This document shows positions 22,691 through 35,304 of a DNA stretch of 64,000 nucleotides, piece after piece. The notes below the pieces were generated by a model. It did not search any database. It worked only from the letters and a program-made list of their open reading frames with translations, and was not told where the DNA came from. The position numbers and the translations under genes are program-made. Origin of the DNA: Eledone cirrhosa. Taxonomy: Eukaryota. Positions within the stretch are counted from its first letter, which is position 1, and every line of letters begins with the position of its first letter. The stretch lies in the NCBI GenBank assembly GCA_964016885.1, contig OZ024748.1:10478001-10542000 (forward strand), given 5' to 3'.

Positions 22691-24984
22691 CACTGTTTGT
22701 GTAATGTAAGTGTGAGAGGCAGAGATTGGACGAATTGAATGAGAAACTGGGTTTAAGAGGAGTTTGAGGTAGTGTGCAGAAAAGACTGTGTTGGTTTGGA
22801 CACGTGATGCACATGGACAATAATCGTTGGGTGAAAAAGTCCAGGAAATGCCAGTGGAAAGAGGTTGCGCTAGAGGTAGACCATGACATGGACAGAGGTT
22901 GTGAGATCTGACTTCAAATCATTGAAACTCACAGAGGCGATGACAAAGGATTGTGACGAGAGATGCCGTGCTGAGAAGGACCTGTCAAATCTATGCAAGC
23001 ATGGAAAAGCGGATGTGAAAACAATGAGGATGAAGAGTCCCCTTGAGTCTTTGTTTAGCAAGTTTTCTACATCTTGATGCCCTTCCTATAACAAATCACT
23101 TTACAGAGTATACTGGATGTATTCCATCATGGCACCAACACTAGGAAAGGTAGTTGGTTATTGATTCAAGTAGATGATAAAATGATGACAAATCATATAC
23201 ATAATAAAACAGTGGAATATATTTTAAAATGTGAAGAAGCTGTTTGGGACAACACTTATCATTGGAGAGAATGAGAGAGGTGCTCCAGTATGGACTTCTC
23301 TTAATGAATAATGGTTTCTGATTTAAACACAGGGCCAACAATTTTTGGCAGGAGAGGAAAGTCGATTAAATCAATCCAAGTACATTACTGGTACTTTATT
23401 TTATCGACCCCTGTAAGGATGAAAGGCAAAGCTAACCTCGGCAGAATTTGAACTGAGAATGTAAAGGATGTAAATATATGCCACAAAGCATGTTGTCTGA
23501 TGCTCTATCGAGTCTGCCAATTCACCGAAGAAGATGATTACAAAAATCAGTTAATCAGTTTGTTTAAAAGTGGATTTGGTGAAAGAGAAAAATAATTAAA
23601 TAAAAATAAAGTTCTTCAAGTTAATGTAATTATAAATATTTAATTACTCTGCTCCAAGGATTTTTCCTAGGTACATCAGGCAATTCTTCTCAACACCAGA
23701 CAAACCACTGTAAATAAAAGATTTAAAATATTTATATTAATATTAAAATATAGGTGATGATGATGATTTTAATGTTAAAAAGCTGATGATAATGATGACT
23801 TTAACCCTTTAGCATTTACATTACTCTATATATATACTATTGTATTTTTGTGGTAAAGGCTTTATCTTACATAATATCGAATCTACAAGATTTTGATGTT
23901 ATTTATTTTGAGAACAATACCTTAATGTCAGTATGAATGGCTAGTTATGGCTAGTTATGGCCAGTTTGAACAGAAAGAGGTGAGAGAATTCTGGCTGGTT
24001 TAAATGGTAATGAGTTATACAGACACTTACCTAAATGATATGACACAGCTAGACAGTGGTTTGGCAAGGCTGTTGATTTCAATTGGTTGAAACAGAGGGT
24101 TGTCGCTAACATCAACCAGATAATTCTTTTCTAAACAAGTTTCCTATGAAGAAAAAACAAATATACAATTATTATGATTTCTAATCTAGGAACAAGGTCA
24201 GCAAATCTGGGAGAAGGTGAAAGGTGAATAAATCAGCCCCAGTACTTGACCGCTACTTTATTTTAACAAAAAAATAATAACATAAAATTACTCCAGCATA
24301 ACACTGGTATAAAATGTATGAGTTTGATCCTTTTTACCCAATTACTGTTGCTACTGCTACTACTACCACAACTACTAATGCTACCACTACTACCACTATA
24401 CTACTTCTACCACAACTACTATTACTACTGCCACCACCACCACTACTACCACTATTACTACCATCAACATTTGGTTTTGAATCATTTTCGTTTTTACATT
24501 TGAAAAGTGAGTATTAGGCCTGAAATATGTTGAAAAATACTGGGTAAAACATTACTTTATGTTTTATTTGTCATCCTTTGCCCTTTATATATTTCTACTA
24601 CATTGTACCGGCTTTCTGAAACTTATCAGTCATTTCTCAAATTATTTGAACAGGTATTTGGTATATTTTATGAAGAATACAGTGACAAAAGGGTTAGTAT
24701 ATATATATATAGAAAGAGAGAGAGAGAGAGTAGAAAATGATACTGACGAGCCAGACATGAGTAACTACTTCATTAGCAGTTATTATAACAGCGCAACCAC
24801 CCAGGGGAACAACTGCATAATCGGGAATCTGATGAATGCTTCTCAATATTTTACCTTTAAAAGAAAAAAAAATTTACATAAAAATCAAAATTAGTATATA
24901 TATGTGTATTTATGAACGAATCCATAACTCTTGATGGAGTTGTAGAAGAGTTGCGGCATACAGCAGTTCATCAGCAAACAACTT

Positions 24985-25039
<55 letters not shown>

Positions 25040-25578
25040 ATATCATTGTCGCTTTAACGTCTGCTTTCCCTGCTAGTAAGGGTTGGATGGTTCCATATAG
25101 ACCAAGTCAGTAGGAGAACGGAGCCACTGATCTCTCAGGAAGGCCGGAGACCTGTGTGCTTATGTACTTCGGTGGTATCTTATGTCATAAACATCAAAAG
25201 GATGAGAGGTAAAGTTGACCTTGGATGGATTTGATATTAGAACGTGAAGATCCAGAACTGCTCAGCGTTTATCAGACACCCCAAAGACTCAGCCAATCCT
25301 CCACCCTCTTAGTAGAAATAAATAATAAACTAAATACATGGACATACCTCCATTTCCTGCAACAGCATTCTCCACAATTGACGTATCTTCACCTAATCCA
25401 CAACAAATAAAGGTTTTGCCAGAAAAGACACCACCAGTCTTCACATGACAACCTGTTTCTGAAATATAAATTATACATACATTATATACAGTATTATTAT
25501 TTCATTATATACACACATACATATATATATATATTATTGGCAACATCACCCTCCCAAAGTATAACAATATATATACAT

Positions 25579-25611
<33 letters not shown>

Positions 25612-28600
25612 ATAACCAAGTTATACTTAATACCCCAATATTACCATACCTATGCACACACACATATATATATATCTATATCTGTATGTCTGATGACCCT
25701 GTGATAAACAGGCAAGACTCCAGAGTAACAAGACTCACTATTCAACTTTAATAAAATGAATATATATCTACACACACACACACACATATATGATGAGGAT
25801 CTAATTATATTTGAAAATTGATGAAAGGTATTTATAATTATTTCAATTTACAGGGCAATTTGTATTTTCCGGCATGTTTACATATATATATATACACACA
25901 TACCACTATATTTCTAAGCTCATTATTAAATACATGAAATACAAGATATATGTAATATTGACAACATTTACCTGACTGAGTCACTTCCATAGCACCATTT
26001 GATATGGTATTGAAGTTGACATTGGATGATATGGTTCCCGTTGTCACTAGAATATAGGGGAAGAACAAAAGACATAAGACATTAATTATGGTTGTTAATT
26101 AAAGGTCATAACTGACAAGATAATTAAATACAGCAAAATATATCTGCTAATTTATACCCCAAACACCAGTTAAATGATGAGAAAGTTAGTTATATTACTT
26201 AATCCTTCCAAATTCTTGATTATTTTCAAAATTATTGAAAATCTTTCATTAGAATATGCTAATAAAAGGGTTAAACTCTTTATATTTATCTAAAAACATT
26301 CTAGCAAAATTTTATGAAAGAAATTTTATGATATTTCAAACACCAGCTTAATAATGAGAAAGTTAGTTATATGATTAAACCCTTCCAAATTCTTGATTAT
26401 TTTCAAAATTATAGAAAATGATAGGCTATCTCTTTCATTAAAAATATAGTAACGAGAGGGTGAAGCACCTACCTTCACTCTTGGACACTGCTGCTCCTCG
26501 GAGATACTGGCTCATCAAAGCTAATTCTTCATCAGTATTCTCACCAAACTCAATATTGGAAGCAGCTGTCTTTGACCCAGTTAACTGTGACATATCACTG
26601 GCTAGCTTTCTTTTTGTGACAGGGGCAGGTGCTCTAAAAGAAGGAAATTATTATTATTATTATTATTATCATGATCATCACCATCTAAACACAATAAGGC
26701 ATATAGTGGAGAGCTCTGCTAAATTGACGACAACCACAAATACATAAAACAATTACAAAAGGCATTTAAAGGCCATTTTCTTTGCTAAAGTAGAAGTTAG
26801 TCTTGTGGGTCCCACAATAAGTTTCATATTCACCCATGGAGTTCTTTTTGAGGTAAAGTTTGATAGCCACATGCATTTTCTGGTGTTAATCATTTTAGCT
26901 ATCTCTTCTATTATAATGGTTTCTGATTTAGGTACAAGGCCAGCAATTTGGGGGTAGGGGAAAGTCGATTAAATCCACCCCAGTGTGTGACTGGCATTTT
27001 ATTTTATCGATCCTGTAAGGATGAAAGGCAATGCTAACGTCGGTGGAATTTGAACTCAGAATGTAAAGGGTCATAACTCTATACTGCAGAACATGTCCAA
27101 CGCTCTACTAATACTGCCAATATACCGGCCTCATCCCTTCTATTATAATGCACAGGGATATAATGTAGCTATTCTAAACCAAATACACATAGATAACGTG
27201 TTATTATTCAACTAAATTATATCATTACAGTTAAATACTTTGTAAATATCCTTGTTACTATTAACTGCTGTTACTTTTGTCTGTTTAACATTACATATTA
27301 TCAATGCTACTTGCTTATTACTATTTATTTATGACAACCACGATGATGTTGAAGGCTATAATGAGCATCTTAAGGCCATTTTTCCTGTAAAAATACAGAC
27401 AAACTTCATAGCCATCATGGAGGGGTCCTTCTTGAGGCAATGTTTTACAGCCAACAGACCTTCCTGACACCTAATCTTTTAGTCAGCTCTTATGACAGAG
27501 AAGGAAACGATGTAGCTATTCTAAACTAGATACACAACCCTTGCTAGCATGGAGATCAAATGTTAAATAATAATGGTGATACACAGCAAAATATAATAAC
27601 AGATTGTATGTAAGAATTTTATCTAACTCACATTGGTGGTTCCATATTAGAGTCTCTGACAAAAGGAAGATTCTGGACGTAATAAGATTTTACTGAAACA
27701 TACTTGCTTTCCTTCACACAGTCCAAAAGCCAGGAGGCATTTAGTATATGTGGCCTGAAAAATGAGGCATAAGATATATTTGAAAAATGCAAAACAACAA
27801 CAATTTATTAAACTGGTATATGTTATTGGTTGTCCCAAGGCGAAATCAATTTTAGCAATGTTTGATAATAACGATAGAAACCACACCAAAAATGGAACGC
27901 AATCCAACCTATGCCAGCATGGAAAAGGGTGCAAAATGATGATGTTGACAATTATGAATAAGAATTTCAAAAGGACAAACCTTTTTATTTTATAAAAGAA
28001 AATATGAGGTGAAATGACAATTTTATTGTCTTAACCCTTTCATTACTGTATCTAATGAAATACACTGCCTATGGTTTTCAAATGATTTTGAAAATAATCT
28101 AGAATTTTCTCATTATTAACAAATGTTCTTACAGAAAATTATGATGGAAGGTTTACATTTAGATATAAACACTTTAAAACAAATGGCTTTTGAAAATAAT
28201 CGAGAATTTGAAGGGATTTGGTAATTTCTCATTATTAAGTTGGTGTGTGGAACATAACATAACAAATGTTCTCATATAAAATTATGATGGAAGGTTTAAA
28301 TCTAAATATAAACAATTTAAAACAAATGGCTTTTTGTCATAGAACCAGGAGTGGTTTCAGGTAGGTTGGTATCAAAAGGGTTCAAAGAGGAACTGATTGA
28401 CATACCTGTGAAAGGCTTTCTCAAGATACTCTATATCTGTTGGCACTGTTTCTCCCATCACAACATGTGTAACATGTTCATTTAACGAATTGAACCTGAA
28501 ATTAAAATAATTGCAACTGTTATTGTTTTAAAGTATTATAGTTAATATGAAACATTGTCAGATATATGTAGAAATATATAAAGGGCAAAGGATGATAAAT

Positions 28601-31600
28601 AAAACAAAACAAAGTAATAATTTATACAGTATATTTCAACATATTTCAAGGCTAATGCCTTCTTTTCAAATGTGAAGGCGCATGGCTTAGTGGTTAGAGT
28701 ATTGGGCTTGCAATCGAAAGGTTATGAGTTCAATTCTCGAACCGGGTGATGTGTTGTTTCTTTGAGCAAGACACTTTATTTCACGTTGCTCCAGTTTACT
28801 CAGCTGTAGAAATGAGATGATAGGGACTGGGGTCCATATCATTCCACTGCAAAGTGGTCGTGGAGGTGCCACGGCAAAAAAGCACGCAGCCCACACTGTA
28901 AAGTGGACGTGGAGGCGCCACGGGAAAAAAGCACCCAGCCCTCACTGTAAATGAGGTTGGTGTTAGGAAGGGCATCCAGCTGTAGAAATCAAGCCAGAAT
29001 CAGTTCCCGTCCCACCCTTGCAAGCAGGGAAAAGCGGACGTAAAATGATGATGATGATGATGATGAAACAGTTAAAGAAGAACACATCGATTGTTCATTT
29101 TTGTTTTGAACCGTTTTTGTTTCACATTTGAAAAGGGGATATTAGCCTTGAAATATCATGTTGAAATATACTGGGTAAAACTTACTTTGTTTTGTTTCAT
29201 TTCTCATCTTTTGCCCTTTATATATTTCTACCACACTGTACTGATGTTTTAGGCAGAAAACAAACATATGAAACCATGAAACCTACCTAGTACCTCCACC
29301 AACATTGATTATTTTCAATAACTGCTCCTGCTCTGGTCCACGGAACCCACTGAGATAAATCTGCCAAATATAATATACTATCATAAAGCAAGTCATTTAC
29401 ATTTGTTTTTTTCTTCTCCTTTTGTATCCATTAATATATATATACATACATGCATACATAAATACATACATACAAGATGGACATATAGAAATTCCAGGTT
29501 TTACGAATGCTATGATTTTATCTTAATAAGGTGTGCCCAGCAAGGACAGGCTCTTTTGCTAGTTTTATATAAAGTACCATGATTCTTCATTTGTATTTCT
29601 TTTTCACTTCCTTTCCCTATCTCTCTCTCTCCTTCTCTAGAAGGGGGATGGGCTCTGCCAGGTTTAAAATGCAGAATGTCACTAGGAGTTAAGGGTCCAC
29701 ATAGACACACACACATAGATAGTTTGATATTAGAAAATGTGTTTAAAAATCTATTATTTAAAACATTAAATATAACTGAATAAACACACATTACCATTGG
29801 GAAGAATGTAGAAATTTATTTTCTAATAAACAGATTAAACTGGACAGATATAGATATAGAAACACATCGTCTAACTTATGCTAGCATGGAAGATGGACGT
29901 TAAATGAAGATGATATAGATATAGATTAGATATACAGAGATATATAATCCTACTCATGCTAGCATGGAAGATGGACATTAAATGAAGATGATATAGATAT
30001 AGATTAGATATACAGAGAGATATAGTCCTACTCATGCTAGCATGGAAGATGGACGTTAAATGAAGATGATATAGATATAGATTAGATATACAGAGAGATA
30101 TAGTCCTACTCATGCTAGCATGGAAGATGGACGTTAAATGAAGATGATATAGATATAGATTAGATATACAGAGAGATATAGTCCTACTCATGCTAGCATG
30201 GAAGATGGACGTTAAATGAAGATGATGATGATGATAGATCTATAGACAGAGGAGATCTCTGTCTGTATCTCTAGATACAGACAAACAGATGGATGGACGG
30301 AAAGATGGACAGAGGAACAGACAGACAGATAGATAGATAAATATGTTCCAATTCTGTTTATATTTACCTTACATCCATCTAAGAACGACATTGGTGTCAC
30401 CAGATATGAATTATCAACATCAAAGTTGAGTCTGTGAGGCCTGGCTACCTGTGATAGAGTTGTGCTAAATGTGGTGCACGCAGTATCATTCAGGTGAGTA
30501 ATTGCGGAAATGTTGGCGATTGAACTCATGTTCACTGGTGTAAAAAATAGAAAACACAAAGAGAAGCAAACATTGTTTAGTTGAAAGGAATAATAATATT
30601 TTATTCTTTGAGGACACTGAACAAAATACTTTTTGGGGCATTTAATTGCAGTCCTTTACATCCTGAGTTCAAATTTCACCAGGTTAACTTTGCCTTCAGG
30701 ATTTGAACTCAGAACATAAAGGGCTGTAACTATATGCCACAAAACATGTTGACCAAAGATCTACCAATACTACCAATCCACCCCCCAAAACATCAAATAA
30801 ATTATAAGAAATTATTTTACTAAATTCTTCTAATTCTTGATTATTTTCAAAATTATTCATTTGAAAATTGTAGGAAGTAACTTTCATTAGAAATACGGGA
30901 AGAAAAGGGTTAAAGACGAACTGGTCATATGATGATGAAGGATAAAAATGACTGGATGAGAGGAGAGTTGGAAATAAATGTGGAAGGAAGTAGAGGAAGG
31001 GGAAGACCAAGAAAGACATGATGGAAGAGGAAATGAAATGAAAGCCAAGGGGTTGGTGGGGAGGGGTTCAAATGTTAAGAAAAAACGGAGAAGGTTGTTT
31101 TGGGTCCCACACCTGCGTCAGGAGGGAAGATGGCCTTGAAAAAATTATTTCCTGTATATATATATATATATATATATATATTTGGACTATATTTGTAATA
31201 TGGTTCTTAATGTTATATACATCCTTAGTAATTTTTATTATATATTTTTGCAATACTTTAGTGTATGTACACTCCATATTCTTCGGAGCTTCCGGCTTGC
31301 ATCTGCCGCCATTACTTTTTGTTGTTTTAATTGCCCTGATGAGTCCTTAATAGGACGAAACATTGTCGGCTAATAAAGACTTTTGATGTATTGAAGGCTT
31401 CTTTGTTTTACTCTCCTTTTATATATATATATATATATTATATATATGGGTGGAGGCACATGGCTTAGTGGTTAGAGCATTGGCCTTGCAATCGAAAGGT
31501 TGTGAGTTCAATTTTCAGACCGGGTGATGTGTTGTTTCCTTGAGCAAGACACTTTATTTCACATTGTTCCAGTTTACTCAGCTGTAGAAATGAGATGATA

Positions 31601-31789
31601 GGGACTGGGGTCCATATCATTCCACTGCAAGGTGGTTGTGGAGGTGCCACGGCAAAAAAGCACCCAGCACTCACTGTAAATGAGGTTGGTGTTAGGAAGG
31701 GCATCCAGCTGTAGAAATCAAGCCAGAATCAGTTCCCGTCCCACCCTTGCAAGCAGGGAAAAAGCGGACGCAAAATGAAATGATGATGA

Positions 31790-31845
<56 letters not shown>

Positions 31846-34304
31846 TGGAGGTTAGTATATAAACGAGATGTGGCCTCCGACCCTTCTGAGAGGTCAGTAA
31901 CTCCAACTATGTACTGACTTGGTCATCCAACCCTTTCTAACAGGAAAAAACAGATGTTAAATGGTGATTGGTGATGACAATGATGATGATTCAGACTGAC
32001 CTGTTGTGACATTTTTAGTTGGTGTTGAGGTCTTCATTTGACTAAAATTACTAGAACAGTCATTATTTAACTTGTATTTCAGCTCATCAAGACAATAACC
32101 AGTTTCAATTGATTCATACAACCACTGAGGTTTCACAATGTTGATGTTCCATCGCTTGGCAAATTCATATTTCTGGCCTGAAATAAAAAGTGTGCTATCA
32201 TTAAATCATAAAGTCCTTGTAAACACCACAGAGAAATACACAGCTACACACATTGAGGTAGAGTATAAGACAGGGTATAAAGACAAGATGGTGTAAAACA
32301 CTGCGGCCAATGTAAATGTATTAAAAATGAGTTAAACCCCCCCCCCCCCCCCCCCAATGCACACAATCAGTGTTAAATCTTACCTTTTGGTTCATTAATA
32401 ATTAAATGAGAACATTCATCAACTTTCATTTCTCCTGAGTAGACACCACCTAGAAATATTTTAAAACAAATATATAAACACAATGCAGATTAATATTAGA
32501 AATCAGCTGAATATATACATATATATATATTAAAAAAAAAATTTGCTCCATCATTCTCATTCATGCTTTTCGTTTCTCTCACTTAAACTCTCTTTCTTCC
32601 ATTCTCCCCCTCTTTCCATTCTTCTGCTCAATATGGGGTTATATTTTAACCAGACTTTTTTCTATGCAGTTATTTTATGAACTTACCTTCCATTTCAACA
32701 AGTTGCTTCACTTTTTTCCTCTCTGCTGATTCTAAGCCCGACACTGTTATAATTAACCCCTTAAATAAGGGGCAAGCATATTTCTGAAACTTCTCATCAT
32801 TACAGTGAACAGAGCTGCAAGAACATTAATAAATAATATATATATATATATATATATTATGTATATATGTATACATATATGATACATGTCAGGGTAAATG
32901 TGGGCTCCATATGCCGTGGAGGGGGAGCTGTTTTTGCTTAAAGTTCTGTTTAGTGGTTGGAGAAAATTAGAGGGAGCATTGGTAGGATACAACTTGGGGG
33001 AAATTTGGTTGTTGTTTCTAGCTTTCTCTTTGGCTCATAATAATGATGATAGAGATAGTGATTGTTATGGATGATAGTAATAATTGTGTTGATGATGATG
33101 GTGGTGATAATAAGGATCAACAAAATACATACCCTTCCTGAGATGCTTCCCAAACATTATTAACCCAATCAGGTAACATGATGTATTTTTTCAGGTTACT
33201 TGCTACCTGTAATAATGAAAAGAACCAGCCTGTTATATAATAAGACATTAGTGTGCATGAGTTGAGAGAAAAATTAGGTATAAGAGGAAAGAAATGTTGC
33301 ATTCCAGAGAGAAGACTGCACTGGTATAGACATGTTATGTGAATGGATGATGATTTGTTTGCCAAAGAAGTGCTCTGGTTTGGGAATTGAACTCATGACC
33401 TTATGATCATGATCTTAGTACCCTAATACCTGAGTCATGCACCACCACATGAACAGTAGACTAGGGCTAATTAAATCTATAAAGACACAAATTCATTCAT
33501 CACTGATTCTTCTATAATACACATTAAAAGGTGGTAAAATAACACTAGGAAAGCTACATACCTGATATTTACTGCTGCCAACCATTCCTGCCACAAGATG
33601 TGTGACATTCTCAGTAAAGTGACGACTGATCTCACCACCCATCATCAAAACCATCTCGTGTAAAGATTCCTGAATAAAGACAATTCAAAACAAAGAATAA
33701 ACATATAATATGGTAGAAAGCAACCTGGGGTATAGATGTTAGACTAAAAAGACCAAGGAAAGCATCTGGCTGTAAAAACATTGCCTCAAAAGGAACTCCA
33801 TGTCATGGAGCCTGCAAAGCTAATCGCTGTTGTAGCAAGGAAAATGGCCTTAAAACTATATTTATATTTTTAACTGTTAGTCATCATCATCATCATCATC
33901 GTTTAACGTCCATCTTCTACGCTTGCATGGGTTTAATCAATGATAAACATTGATTGCCAGCTAAATTATTTTGGCAATATTAGGACAACATCAACATGAC
34001 CCTCCCTAAATATAACAAGACTTTAAAACACTTGTATTAACAAGTTAAATGATAATTAATGAAATATTCATACATATAAAAATGGTGGAACATTTTATTT
34101 TAATTTAAATATGAAGATTTAAAACAAATCATTTTGTATCTGAGTATCTGAGTATTTAGAGGTTTCTGCTGGGAGTTGCAACAGGTGGATAGTATCAGTA
34201 ATGGAAAGACCAATAGAAACATTGTTTCCTTGGTTCGATTTGACGAGTTCTACCCAGCTTGGTAAGTGAATGAGGTCTGGGATCCATTTGAGTAATCGGT
34301 TTAA

Positions 34305-34363
<59 letters not shown>

Positions 34364-34511
34364 GATAGAGAATCTGTGGTGCCAAGACCACTAATTATAG
34401 GAGTACTCAATGATTGGGATGATGCAGTGGGTATAGAGATATGTAAAATCAAGCTGAAACTGCTTGGCGCCGTGGTCAAGACTTTACATCTTTCTCTCTC
34501 TCTCTCTGTGT

Positions 34512-34556
<45 letters not shown>

Positions 34557-34743
34557 GTTTAACGCCCATCTTCCACGCTTGCATGGGTTTGGGCGGGAGT
34601 TTTCCCACTTGAGGCAAGAGTGGTTGTCTTGCTCGCATAGGACTGTCTGGCAGGTTTTCTACGGCTGGATGGCCTTCCTAACACCAACCACGTTTACAGT
34701 GTGGACTGGGAGGTTTTTACCGTGTTACCTACATATAGGTACC

Positions 34744-34780
<37 letters not shown>

Positions 34781-35262
34781 AATATATAGAGAGGTGCAAT
34801 GAGGTGGGATGATAGCAAAAGATTAAGCCATAACTTACCCGCACAACCTTGTCAATGTTTGTACAACTGATAATGGTATCTTTCATGGCTAAATTATGGA
34901 TTGGTACTTTGGTACGAGGAATTTCCTGAACAGAAAGAAAATATTGAGTTAGTCATCAGTTTAAATTATTATCATATCATCAACATCAAAATCATTTAAC
35001 ACCCATCTTCCACATTAGCATGGGTAGGACATATATATCCTGTGTGTATCTGGTTTAGAATAAGTAGATCATATCCTTGCATGTGATAAGAATCAGTTAA
35101 TAGGGTTAGTGTCAGGAAAGGCAACGAGCTGTAAAACATTGCCTCAAAATGCCTGTCCAACCCAAGCCAGCATAGAAAAGTAGATGTAAAAACAATGATT
35201 ATATATACATATACACATATGTGTGCTAATGTGGAAGGTGGATATTAAACGATGATGATATA

Positions 35263-35304
<42 letters not shown>

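Noticed and set aside
27239-27320. Extra TOPBP1 exon ([13 protein letters not shown]...)
   Set aside because: 82 nt would shift the frame, the splice signals are weak, and the flanking exons join in phase without it
28677-28750. tRNA gene
   Set aside because: A and B boxes run directly into a SINE core and tail, with several dispersed copies; it is a SINE head
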